Shown here: positions 15,701 to 30,700 of the stretch, in pieces
Numbering within the stretch: the first letter of the stretch is position 1
Layout: each line of letters starts with the position of its first letter
NCBI GenBank assembly: GCA_964016885.1
Contig: OZ024744.1
Span: 115,320,001 to 115,384,000, forward strand
DNA: 64,000 nt
Direction: 5' to 3'
Origin: Eledone cirrhosa
Lineage: Eukaryota
Position numbers and translations under genes: made by a program
Notes under the pieces: generated by a model
Told to the model about the DNA's origin: nothing
Seen by the model: the letters and a program-made list of their open reading frames with translations, nothing else
Databases searched by the model: none

Positions 15701-18700
15701 CATATACTACCACCTACACTACAGTACGACTTACACTACCACCTACACTACTGTACCACCTATACTACTGTACCAATTATAATACCAACTGCACTACTGT
15801 ACCACTTACAGTAACACCTACACTACAGTACCACTTATACTATCACCTACACTACTGTACCACATATACTACCATCTACACTACTGTACCATTTGCACTA
15901 CCACCTACACTACTGTACCACTTACACTACCTCCCACACTACTGTACCACCTACAATACTGTACCACTTATATTACCACCTACACTACTGTACCAATTAT
16001 ACTACCACCAAGACTACTGTACCACTTACACCACCACCTACACTACTGTCCCATTTACACTAACACCTGCACTACTGTACCACGTATACTACCACCGACA
16101 CTACTGTACCACTTACATTACCACCAACACCACTGTACCACCTACACTACTGTACCATTTACACTACCACCTACACTGCTGTACAACTTATACTACCACC
16201 TACACTACTGTACCACTCACACTACCACCTACAGTACTGTACCATTTACACTACTGTACCACTTATACTACCACCTACACTACTGTACCACTTATACTAT
16301 CATCTACACTACTGTACAACTTACACTGCCACCTACACTACTGTACCACCTACTCTACTGTACCACTTACACTGTGTACCACATATACTACAACCTACAC
16401 TACCTTGTACACTACTGCAGCACTTACACTACTGTAGCACCTACACTACTGTACCAATTATGCTACGACCTACACTACTGTACAAATTATACTACCAGCT
16501 ACATTACCGTACCAATAACACTACCACCTAAACTACTGTACCACTTATACTGCCACCTACACTACTGTACGACTTATACTACCACCTACACTACTGTACC
16601 ATTTACACTGACACTTACAATTCTGTATCACTTACCCTACCACCTACACTACTGTACAACTTACACTACCACCAACACGACTGTAGCAATTATATTACCA
16701 CTTACACTACCACCTACACTACTGTACCATTTATTCTAACACCTACACTATCGTACCACTTATACTACCACCGACACTATTTTACGACTTACACTACCAG
16801 CAACACTACTGTACCACTTACACTACCACCTCCACTAATGTACCACATTCACTACCACCTACATTACTGTAGCGCCTACACTACTGTACCGCTTATACTA
16901 CCACCTACACTACTGTACCAATAATACCACCTGCACTACTGTACCACCTACACTACTGTACCACTTACACTACCACCTACACTATTATACAACATTCCCT
17001 ACCACCTACATTGCTGTAGCACCTACACTACTGTACCGCTTGTACTACCACCTACACTACTGTACCACTTATACTACCACCTACACTACTGTACCAATTA
17101 TAATACCACCTGCACTACTGTACCACATATACTACGACCTACACTTCCGTACCTCCTACACTACAGTACCAATAATACCACCTGCACTACTGTACCACTT
17201 ACACTACTGTACCACTTACACTACCACCTACACTATTATACAACATTCCCTACCACCTACATTGCTGTAGCACCTACACTACTGTACCGCTTGTACTACC
17301 ACCTACACTACTGTACCACTTATACTACCACCTACACTACTGTACCAATTATAATACCACCTGCACTACTGTACCACATATACTACCACCTACACTTCCG
17401 TAACTCCTACACTACAGTACCAATAATACCACCTGCACTACTGTACCACTTACACTACCACCTACACTACTGTACCACTTATACTACCACCTACATTACT
17501 GTATCACTTACACGACCACCTACCTACTGTACCACTTATACTACCACCTACACTACTGTACCACTTATACTACCACCTACATTACTGTATCACTTACACT
17601 ACCACCTACCTACTGTACCACTTATACTACCACCTATATTTCCAGCTAAACCACTGTACCACTTATACTGCTACCTACACTACTGTACGACTTATACTAC
17701 CTCCCACACCACTGTACCACTTACACTAACACCACTGTACCACTTATACTACCACCTACACTACTGTACCATTTACACTGACACCTACAATTCTGTACCA
17801 GTTACACTACCACCTACACTACTGTACAACTTACACTACCACATACATTACTGTACCAATTATACTACCACCTACACTACGGTATCACTTACACCACCAC
17901 CTACACCACTGTACCACTTACATTACCACCTACACTACTGTACCACTTAAACTACCACCTACACTATTGTACCATATATACCTCCACTTACACTAATACC
18001 TACACTACCACTTATACTACCACCTACACTACTGTATCATTTATTCTAACATCACTACTGTACCACTCATACTACGACATACACTGCTGTACCACTTATA
18101 CTACCACTTACACTACCACCTACACTACTGTATCACCTACACTACCAATTATACTACCACCGACACTACTGTACCATTTACACCACCACCTATACTACTG
18201 TTCCATTTACTCTAACACCTACACTACTGTACCACTTATACTGCCACCTACACTACTGTACCACTTATACTAACAACTACACTACTGTACCACTTGCACT
18301 ACCTCCCACGCTACAGTACCACTTACACAACCAACACTGTAACACTTTTACTACCACTTATACTACCCCTACACTACTGTAGCATTTACACTGACACCTA
18401 CAATTCTGTACCACTTACACTACCACCTACACTACTGTACAATTTACACTACCACCTACACTACTGTTCCAATTATACTACCACCGACACTACTGTACCA
18501 CTTACACCACCACCTACACTACTGTACCATGTACACTAACACCTACACTACTGTACCACTTATACTACCACCTACACTACTGTACCAATTATAATACCAC
18601 CTGCACTACTGTACCACTTACACTAACACCTACACTACCTTACCACCTACACTATTGTACCACATATACTACCACCTATACTACTATACCATTTACACTA

Positions 18701-21700
18701 CCACCTACACTTCCGTACCTCCTACACTACTGTACGACTTATACTACCACTTACACTACCTCCCACACTGCTGTACCACCTACAATACTGAACCACTTAC
18801 ATGACCACATACACTACTGTACAACGTACACTACCACCTACACTACTGTACCAATTATACTATCACCAAGACTACTGTACCACTTACACCACCACCTACA
18901 ATACTGTCCCATTTACACCTACACTACAGTACCACGTATACTACCACCGACACTACTGTACCACTTACATTACTACCTACACCACTGTACAACTTACACT
19001 CCGACCTACACTACTGTACCACCTACACTACTGTACCGCTTGTACTACCATGTACACTATTGTACCACCTTCACTACTGTACCACTTACACTACTGTACC
19101 ACTTATACTACCACCGACACTACTGTACCACTTACATTACCACCTACACCACTATACAACTTACACTACCACCTACACTACTGTACCACTTACACTACCA
19201 CTTACACTTATGTACCGCATATACTACCACCTACACTACACTACCACCTACACTTCCGTACCTCCTACACTACTGTACCACTTACACTACCTCCCACACT
19301 ACTATACCACCTACAATAGAGTACCATTTACATTACCACCTACACTACTGTACCACTTACACTGCTGTACCACTTATACTATCACCTACACTACTGTACC
19401 ACATATACTACCACCTACTCTACAGTACCACTTATACTATCACCTACACTACTGTACGACTTACACTACCACCTACACTACTGTACCACTTATACTACTG
19501 TACCGTTTATACTACCACCTACACTACTGTACCCCTCATAATACCACCTACACTACTGTACCACTTAAACTACCACCTACACTACTGTATCACTTATACT
19601 ACCACCTAAACTACTGAACCACTTATACTGCCACCGACACTACTGTACCACTTATACTACCCCTTACACTACTATACCAATAATATTACCACCTACACTA
19701 CGGTACCACTTACACCACCACCTACACTACGGTACCACTTACATCACCACCTACACTACTGTACCACTTACACTACCACCTACACTACTGTACCATTTAC
19801 ACTACCACCTACACTACATTACCACCTACACTACTGTACCAATTATATTACCACCTACACTACGGTACCACTTACACCACCACCTACACTACGGTACCAC
19901 TTACACCACCACCTACACTACTGTACCATTTACACTACCACCTACACTAATGTACCACCTACACTACTGTCCCACTTACACTACTACCTACATCACTGTA
20001 GCATCTACACTACTGTACCGCTTATACTACCACCTACACTACTGTACCGCTTATACTACCACCTACACTACTGTACCACTCATACTACCACCTACACTAC
20101 TATACCACGTATACTACCACCTACACAACTGTACCACATATACTAGCACCTACACTACTGCACCACTTATACTACTGTACCACTTACACTACTGTACCAC
20201 ATATACTACCACCTACACTACTGTACCACTTACCCTACCTCCTACACTACTGTACCACTTATACGACCACCTACACTATTGAACCTATTATAATCCCACC
20301 TGCACTACTGTATCACTTACACTACCACCTACACTACTGTACCACTTCTACTATCACCAGGCTCTACTGTACCAGTTACACTACTGTACCATATATATTA
20401 CCACCTACACTACTGTACCTCTTACACTACCACCTATATTACTGTACCACCTACACTACTGTACCAATTATGCTACCACCTGCGCTATTGTACCACCTAC
20501 ACTAACTACTGTACTACTTACACTATCACCTACACTACTGTAGCACTTATACTACCATCTACACTATTGTACCAATTATACTACCACATACACTACTGTA
20601 CCAATTACACTATCACCTACACTACAGTACCACCTACACTACCACTTATACTGCCGCCTACACTACTGTACGACTGATACTACCACTTACACTACTGTAC
20701 CACTTACACTTCCACCACTGCTGTACCACTTACACTACCATTTATACTACCCCTACGCTACAGTACTATTTACACTGACACCTACACTTCTGTACCACTT
20801 ACACTACCACCTACACAACTTACACCACCACCTACACTACTGTACCACTGATACTACCAACTACACGACTGTACTACTTACATTACCAATTCCACTACTG
20901 TAGCACCTATACTACCACCTACACTACTGTACCAATTATACTACCACCTACACTACTGTACCACTTATACTGCCACCTACACCACTGTACGACTTATACT
21001 ACCACCTACACTACTGTACCAATTATACTACCACCGACACTACTGTACCACTTACACCACTGTTCCATTTACACTAACACCTACACTACTGTACCACTTA
21101 TACTACCACCTACACTGCTGTACCACATATACTACCATCTACACTACTGTACCATTTACACTACCACCTACACTTTCGTACCTCCTACACTACTGTACGA
21201 CTTATACAACCACTTACACTACCCTCCACACTACTGTAGCACCTACAATACTGTACCACTTACATTACGAACTACACTACTGTACCACCTACACTACTGT
21301 ACGACTTACACTAACACCTACACACCTACAATACTGTACCACTTACACCACCACCTACACTACTGTACCACTTACGCTACCACCTACACTACTGTACCAC
21401 TTACACTACCACCTACACTACTGTCCCACTTACATTACCCCTACACTACTGTACCACATATACTACCACCTACACTACTGTACGACTAACGCTACCTCCC
21501 ACACTACTGTACCACCTACAATACTGTACCGCTTGTACTACCACCCACACTACTGTACCACTTACACTACCATCTACACTTTTGTACCACCTACGCTACT
21601 GTACCACTTACACTACCACCAACACTACTATACCACTTATACCACCACCTACACTACTGTACCTATTATAATCCCACCTGCACTAATGTACCACTTACAC

Positions 21701-24700
21701 TACCACCAACACTACTGTGCCACATATACTACCACCTACACTTCCGTACCTCCTACACTACTGTACGACTTACACTACCTCCCACACTACTGTACCACCT
21801 ACACTGCTGTACCACTTCTACTATCACCTACTCTACTGTACCAGTTACACTACTGTACCACCTACACTACTGTCCCCACTTACACTACCTCCTACATTAC
21901 TGTACCACTTACACTACCACCTACACTACTGTACCAATTATGCTACCACCTGCACTACTGTACCACCTACAATAACTACTGTAGCACTTATACTACCATC
22001 TACACTACTGTACCAATTACACTATCACCTACACTACTGTACCACTTATACTACCACCTACACTACTGTACCACTTATACTACCACTTATACTGCCGCCT
22101 ACACTACTGTACGACTGATACTACCACTTACACTACCTCCCACACTACTGTACCACCTACACTACTCTGCCACTTACACTTCCACCACTGTACGACTTTT
22201 ATTACCACTTACACTACCACTTATCCTACCCCTACACTACAGTACTATTTACACTGACACCTACACTTCCGTACCACTTACACTACTGTACCAATTATAC
22301 TACCACCTACACTACTGTACCACTTAAACCACCACCTACACTACTGTACACTTTACACTAGCACATAAACTACTGTACCACCTACACTTCTGTATCACTT
22401 ACACTACCACCTACACTACTGTACAACTTACACTACCACCTACACTACTGTAACACTTATACTACAACCTACACTATTGTACCACTTACACTACCACCTA
22501 CACTACTGTACCACTTCCGTACCTCCTACACTACTGTACGACTTACACTACCACATACACTACTGTACCACTTATACTACTACACAACTTACACCACCAC
22601 CTACACTACTGTACCACTGATACTACCAACTACACGACTGTACTACTTACATTACCAATTCCACTACTGTAGCACCTATACTACCACCTACACTACTGTA
22701 CCAATTATACTACCACCTACACTACTGTACCACTTATACTACCACCTACACTACTGTACCCCTTATAATACCACCTACACTGCTGTACAACTTACACTAC
22801 CACTTATACTACTACCTACACTAGTGTACCACTTATAATACCACCTACACTACTGTACCACATATACTACCACCTACACTACTGTGCCATTTACACTACC
22901 ACCTACACTACTGTACGACTTATACTACCACCTATACTACCTCCCACATTACTGCACCACCTACACTACTGTACCATTTACACTACCACCTACACTAGTG
23001 TACAACTTATACTACCACATACACTACTGTACTACTTACACTACCACCTACACTACTGTACCAATTACACTACCACCTACACTACTGTACCACCCACACT
23101 ACTGTACCACTTACACTACCACCTACACTACTGTACGACTAATACTGCCAGCTACACTACTGTACGACTTACACTACCTCCCACACTACTGTACCACCTT
23201 CACTACTATACCACTTACACTACAGTACCACTTACACTACCCCTATACTACTGCACCATTTACGCTGACACCTACAATTCTGTATCACTTACACTACTGT
23301 ACTACATATACTACCACCTACACTACTGTACCATTTACACTACCACCTAAACATCCGTACCTCCTACACTACTGTACCACCTACACTGCTGTACCACTTA
23401 CATTACCACCTACACTACTGTACCACGTATACTGGCACCTACACTACTGTACCACTTACACTACCACCTACACTACTGTACCACTTATACTATCACGTAT
23501 GCTACTGTACCACTTATACTACCACCTACACTACTGTACCACTTATACTACCACCTACACTACTGTACCACTTACACTACCACCTACATTACTGTACCAC
23601 CTACACTACTGTACCACTTATACTACCACCTACACTACTGTAGCACTTATACTACCAGGTACACTACTGTACCACTTATACTACCACATACACTACTGTA
23701 ACACTTACACTACCACCTATACTTCCACCTAAACTACCACCTACACTTCTGTACAACTTTCACTGCTCTACCGCCAGCACTACTGTACCACTTACACTAC
23801 TGTACGACTTATACTACCACCTACACTACTGTAGCACTTATACTACCACTTACACTACTGTACCAATTATACTATCACGTACACTACTATACCACCTACA
23901 CTACTGTACCACCTATACTACTGTACCACTTAAACTACCACCTACACTACTGTACGACTTATACTACCACCTACACTAATGTACCACTTACACTACCTCC
24001 CACACTACTGTACAACTTACATTACAGTACCACTGACACTACCACTTATACTAACCTTACACTACTGTACCATTTACACTGACACCTACAATTCTGTACC
24101 ACTTACACTACCACCTACACTACTGTACAACTTATACTACCACCTACACTACTGTATCACTTACACTAACATCTACACTACTGCCGCACGTACACTACCA
24201 CCTACACTACTGTATCACTTATACTACCCCCTACTCTACTGTACCGCATACACTATCACCTACAATACTGTAACACTTCATACACACACTACCTCCTACA
24301 CTACTGTACCACTTATACTACCACCTATACAACAGTACCACCTACACTACCATTTACAATACCACCTACACTACTGTACCACTTATACTACCACCTACAC
24401 TATCGTACAACTTATACTACCACGTTCACTACTGAATCATTTACACTACCACCTACACTGCTGTAGCACTTATACTACCACCTACACCACTGTACCACTT
24501 ACACAACCACCTACACTATTGTACCACTTACACTACTGTACCACCTACACTACTGTACCACCTACACTACTGTACCACTTACACTACTGTACCACTTACA
24601 GTACCACCCAAACTACTGTAACACTTACAGTAACACCTACACCACTGTACCAGCCACACTACTGTACCACTTTCATTAACACCGACACTACTGTACCATT

Positions 24701-27700
24701 TATACGACCACCTACATTACTGTACCAATTACACTACCTCCTACACTACTGTACCACTTATACTACCACCTACACTACTGTATCACTTACACTGCCACCT
24801 ACACTACTGTACTACTTATACTTCCACCTACACTACTGTATCATTTACACTACCCCCTACGCTTCTGTACCACTTACACTACCACCTGCACTACTGTACC
24901 ACTTACGCTTCCACCTACACTAGTGTACCACTTTCACTTCTGTATCACTTATACTACCACCTGCAGTACTGTACCACTTATACTACCACCTACAGTACTG
25001 TACCACTTACACTACCACCTACACTACTGTAGCACTTATAATACCACCTACACTTATGTACCACTTACACTACCACCTACACTACTGTACCACTTATATT
25101 ACCACCTTCACTACAGTACCACTTACGCTACTGCACCACATACAGTACAACCTACACTACTGTACCACTTACACTTACACCTGCACTACTGTACCCCTTA
25201 CAGGACGACCTATACTACTGTACCTCTTACACTACCGTTGCACTTATACTACCACCTACACTACCATACCAATTACATTACACTACTGTACCACCTCAAA
25301 CACTATTGTACCACCTACACTACTCTACCCCTTACACTACTGTACCACCTACACTACTGTACCCCTTACACTACCACCTACACTACTGTACCACTTACAC
25401 TTCCACTAATACAAACACCTATGCTACTGTACCTCTTACACTACCACCTACGCTACAGCACAACTTATACTGACACCAACACTATTGTACCATTTATACT
25501 ACCACCTACACTACAGTACCACTTATACTACCACATACACAACTGTACCACTTATACTACCACCTACACTACTATTCCACTTATACTACCACCTACACTA
25601 CTGTTCCACTTACAGTACCACCTACACTACTGTACCCCTTACACTACCACCTACACTACTGTACCACTTACACTACTGTACTACTTATACTACCACCTAC
25701 ACCACTTTAAGACTTACACTACCGCCTATACTACTGTGCCACTTATACTACCAGCTACACTATTGTATCATTTATACTACCACCTACACTAATGTTCTAC
25801 TTACACTACCACCTACACTACTGTACCAATTATACTACCATCTACACTACTGTTCCACCTACACTACCACCTACACTACTGTACCACTTACACTATCACC
25901 TACACTACAGTACCACTTACACTACCACCTACACTACTGTACCTCTTACACTACCACCTACACTGCTGAACCACTTACACTACAACCTACGCTACTGAAC
26001 CATTTATACTACCACCTACACTACTATACCATTTACACTACTGTACCTCTTACACTTACACCAATACTACTGTACCTCTTACACTTATACTACCACATCA
26101 AACATTGTTGTACCACTTACACTACCACCTACACTACTGTACCACTTACACTACCACGTAGACTACTGTACTAATTATACTACCACCTGCACTACTGCAC
26201 CAATTACAATACCACCTACACTACTGTACCACTTACACTACCACCTAGACTACTGTACCAATTACACTACCACCTACACTACTGTACCACCTCAAACACT
26301 GTTGTACCACTTACACTACCACGTACACTACTGTACTAATTATACTACCACCTGCACTACTGCACCAATTACAATACCACCTACACTACTGTACCACTTA
26401 CACTACCACCTAGACTACTGTACCAATTACACTACCACCTACACTACTGTACCACCTCAAACACTGTTGTACCACTTACACTACCACGTAGACTACTGTA
26501 CTAATTATACTACCACCTGCACTACTGCACCAATTACAATACCACCTACACTACTGTACCACTTACACTACCACCTAGACTACTGTACCAATTACACTAC
26601 CACCTACACTACTGTACCACCTCAAACACTGTTGTACCACTTACACTACCACGTACACTACTGTACTAATTATACTACCACCTGCACTACTGCACCAATT
26701 ACAATACCACCTACACTACTGTACCACTTACACTACCACCTAGACTACTGTACCAATTACACTACCACCTACACTACTGTACCACCTCAAACACTGTTGT
26801 ACCACTTACACTACCACATACACTACTGTACTAATTATACTACCACCTGCACTACTGCACCAATTAGAATACTACCTACACTACTGTACCACTTACACTA
26901 CCACCTAGACTACTGTACCAATTACAATACCACCTACACTACTGTTGTACCACTTACACTACTGTACCACTTACACTACCACGTACACTACTGTACTAAT
27001 TATACTACCACCTGCACTACTGCACCAATTACAGTACCACCTACACTGCTGTACCAATTGCACGACCACCTACACTCGTGTATCACTTACACTTCTACCT
27101 ACACTACAGTACCCCTTACACTACCACCTACACTACTGTATATGTTACAATACCACCTACACTACTGTACCACTTACACTACCATCTACACTAATGTACC
27201 AGTTATACTATCACCTACACTGCTGTACCACTTACACTACCATCTAAACTATTGTACCACTTATACTACCACCTACACTACTGTACCACTTATACTACCA
27301 CCACACAACTGTACCACTTACACTACCGTTCCACTTACAGTACCACCTTCACTACTGTACCCCTTACATTACCACCTACACTACTATACTACTTATACTA
27401 CCACCTACACTACTTTACGACTTACACTACCGCCTATACTACTGTACCACTTATACTACCACCTACACAATTGTACCACTTATACTACCACCAACACTAT
27501 TGTACCATTTATACTACCACCAACACTAATGTTCTACTTACACTACCACATACACTACTGTACCAATTATACTACCACCTACACTACTGTACCACTTACA
27601 CCACTGCACCCCTTACACTATCATTTACACTACTGTACCACTTATACTACCACCTAAACTATTGTATAACTTATACTACCAGCTACCCTACTGTACTACT

Positions 27701-30700
27701 GACACTACCAACTGCACCACGTATACTACCACCTACACTACTGTTTCATCCACTTACACTATTGCAGCACTTATACTACTGTACCAGTTACACTACCACC
27801 TACACTATTGTACCACTTACACTACTGTACGACTTATGCTACCGCCTACACTACTGTTTCACTTACACTACAACCTACAAAACTGTACCACTTACACTAA
27901 GACATACACTACTGTACCACTTACACTATCACCTACACTACTGTACCACCTACACTACTGAACCACTTACACTACCTCCTATACTACTGTACCACTTACA
28001 CTACTACCTACACTACTGTGAAATTTACACAACTACCTACACTACTGTACCACTTACACTACTACCTACACTACTGTACCACTTAAACAACGACCTACAC
28101 TACTGTACCACTTAAACTACCACCTACACTACTGTACCACTTAAACTACCACCTACACTATTGTAGGTGGTTGTGTAGCTGGTAAAATAGTGTAGGTGGT
28201 ATTTTACGTGGTACATCAGTGTAGGTAGTAGTGTAAGTGGAACAGTTGTGTAGGTGGTAATGTAAGTGGTACAGTAGTGTAGGTGGTAGTATAATTGATA
28301 CAGTAGTGTAAGGGGTACTGAAGTGTAGGTGGTAGTATAAGTGTTACAGTAGTGTAGGTGGTAGTGTAAGTGGTACAGTAGTGTAGGTGGTAGTATAAGT
28401 GATACAGTAGTGTAAGGGGTACAGAATTGTAGGTGGTAGTTTAAGTGGTACAGTAGTGTAGGTGGTAGTGTAATTGGTACAGTAGTCTAGGTGGTAGTGT
28501 AAGTGGTACAGTAGTGTAGGTGGTAGTATAAGTGGTACAGTAGTGTAGGTGGTAGTGTAAGTAGTACAGTAGTGTAGGTGGTAGTGTAAGTGGTACAGTA
28601 GTGTAGGTGGTAGTATAGGTGCTACAGTAGTGTAGGTGGTAGTGTAACTGGTACAGTAGTGTATCTGGAAGTGTAAGTCGTACAGTAGTGTAGGTAGTAG
28701 TGTAGGTGGTACTATAAGTTTTACAGTAGTGTAGGTGGTATAATAGTGTAAGGGGTAGAGTAGTGTAGGTGGTAGTATAAGTGGTACAATAGTGTAGGTG
28801 GTAGTAAAAGTGGTACAGTAGTGTAGGTGGGAGTATAAGTGGTACAGCAGTGTAGGTGGTAGTATAAGTGGTACAGTAGTGTAGGTGGTAGTGTAAGTAG
28901 TACAGTAGTGTAGGTGGTAGTGTAAGTGGTACAGTAGTGTAGGTGGTAGTATAGGTGCTACAGTAGTGTAGGTGGTAGTGTATCTGGAAGTGTAAGTCGT
29001 ACAGTAGTGTAGGTAGTAGTGTAGGTGGTACTATAAGTTTTACAGTAGTGTAGGTGGTATAATAGTGTAAGGGGTAGAGTAGTGTAGGTGGTAGTATAAG
29101 TGGTACAATAGTGTAGGTGGTAGTAAAAGTGGTACAGTAGTGTAGGTGGGAGTATAAGTGGTACAGCAGTGTAGGTGGTAGTATAAGTGGTACAGTAGTG
29201 TAGGTGGTAGTGTAAGTAGTATAGTAGTGTAGGTGGTAGTGTAAGTGGTACAGTAGTGTAGGTGGTAGTATAAGTGGTACACTACTGTATCGCCTACACT
29301 ACTGTACCACTTACACTACTATACCACCTACACTACTGTAAAACCTATACTACCACCTACACTACTGTACCACGTATACTACCACCTACACTACTTTACC
29401 CCTTACACTACCATCTACACTACTGTTCAACTTACTCTACCACCTACACTACTGTACCACTTAAACTACCACCTACACTACCACTTACACTACTGTACAA
29501 CTAATACTACCACCTATACTACCACTTACATTACCACCTACTCTATTGTACCACCTCCACTACTGTACCCCTTACACTACTGTACCACTTACACTACCAC
29601 CTACACTACTGTACCGCTTACACTACCACCTACACTACTGTACCACTTACACTACTGTACAACTTATGCTACCGCCTACACTACTGTTTCACTTACACTA
29701 CAACCTACAAAACTGTACCACTTACACTAAGACATACACTACTGTACCACCTACACTACTGAACCACTTACACTACCTCCTATACTACTGAACCACTTAC
29801 ACTACCACCTACACTACTGTGCAATTTACACAACTGTACCACTTACACTACTACCTACACTACTGTACCACTTAAACTACGACCTACACTACTGTACCAC
29901 TTAAACTACCACCTACACTACTGTACCACTTAAACTACCACCTACACTATTGTAGGTGGTTGTGTAGCTGGTACAATAGTGTAGGTGGTATTTTACGTGG
30001 TACATCAGTGTAGGTGGTAGTGTAAGTGGAACAGTTGTGTAGGTGGTAATGTAAGTGGTACAGTAGTGTAGGTGGTAGTATAAGTGATACAGTAGTGTAA
30101 GGGGTACAGAACTGTAGGTGGTAGTATAAGTGGTACAGTAGTGTAGGTGGTAGTGTAATTGGTACAGTAGTCTAGGTGGTAGTGTAAGTGGTACGGTAGT
30201 GTAGGTGGTAGTATAAGTGGTACAGTAGTGTAGGTGGTAGTGTAAGTGGTACAGTAGTGTAGGTGGTAGTATAAGTGGTACAGTAGTGTAAGGGGTACTG
30301 TAGTGTAGGTGGTAGTATAAGTGTTACAGCAGTGTAGGTGGTAGTATAACCGGTACAGTAGTGTAGGTGGTAGTGTAAGTAGTACAGTAGTGTAGGTGGT
30401 AGTGTAAGTGGTACAGTAGTGTAGGTGGTAGTATAGGTGCTACAGTAGTGTAGGTGGTAGTGTAACTGGTACAGTAGTGTATCTGGAAGTGTCAGTCATA
30501 CAGTAGTGTAGGTAGTAGTGTAGGTGGTAGTATAGGTTTTACAGTAGTGTAGGTGGTATAATAGTGTAAGGGATAGAGTAGTGTAGGTGGTAGTATAAGT
30601 GGTACAATAGTGTAGGTGGTAGTATAAGTGGTACAGCAGTGTAGGTGGTAGTATAAGTGGTACAGTAGTGTAGGTGGTAGTGTAAGTAGTATAGTAGTGT

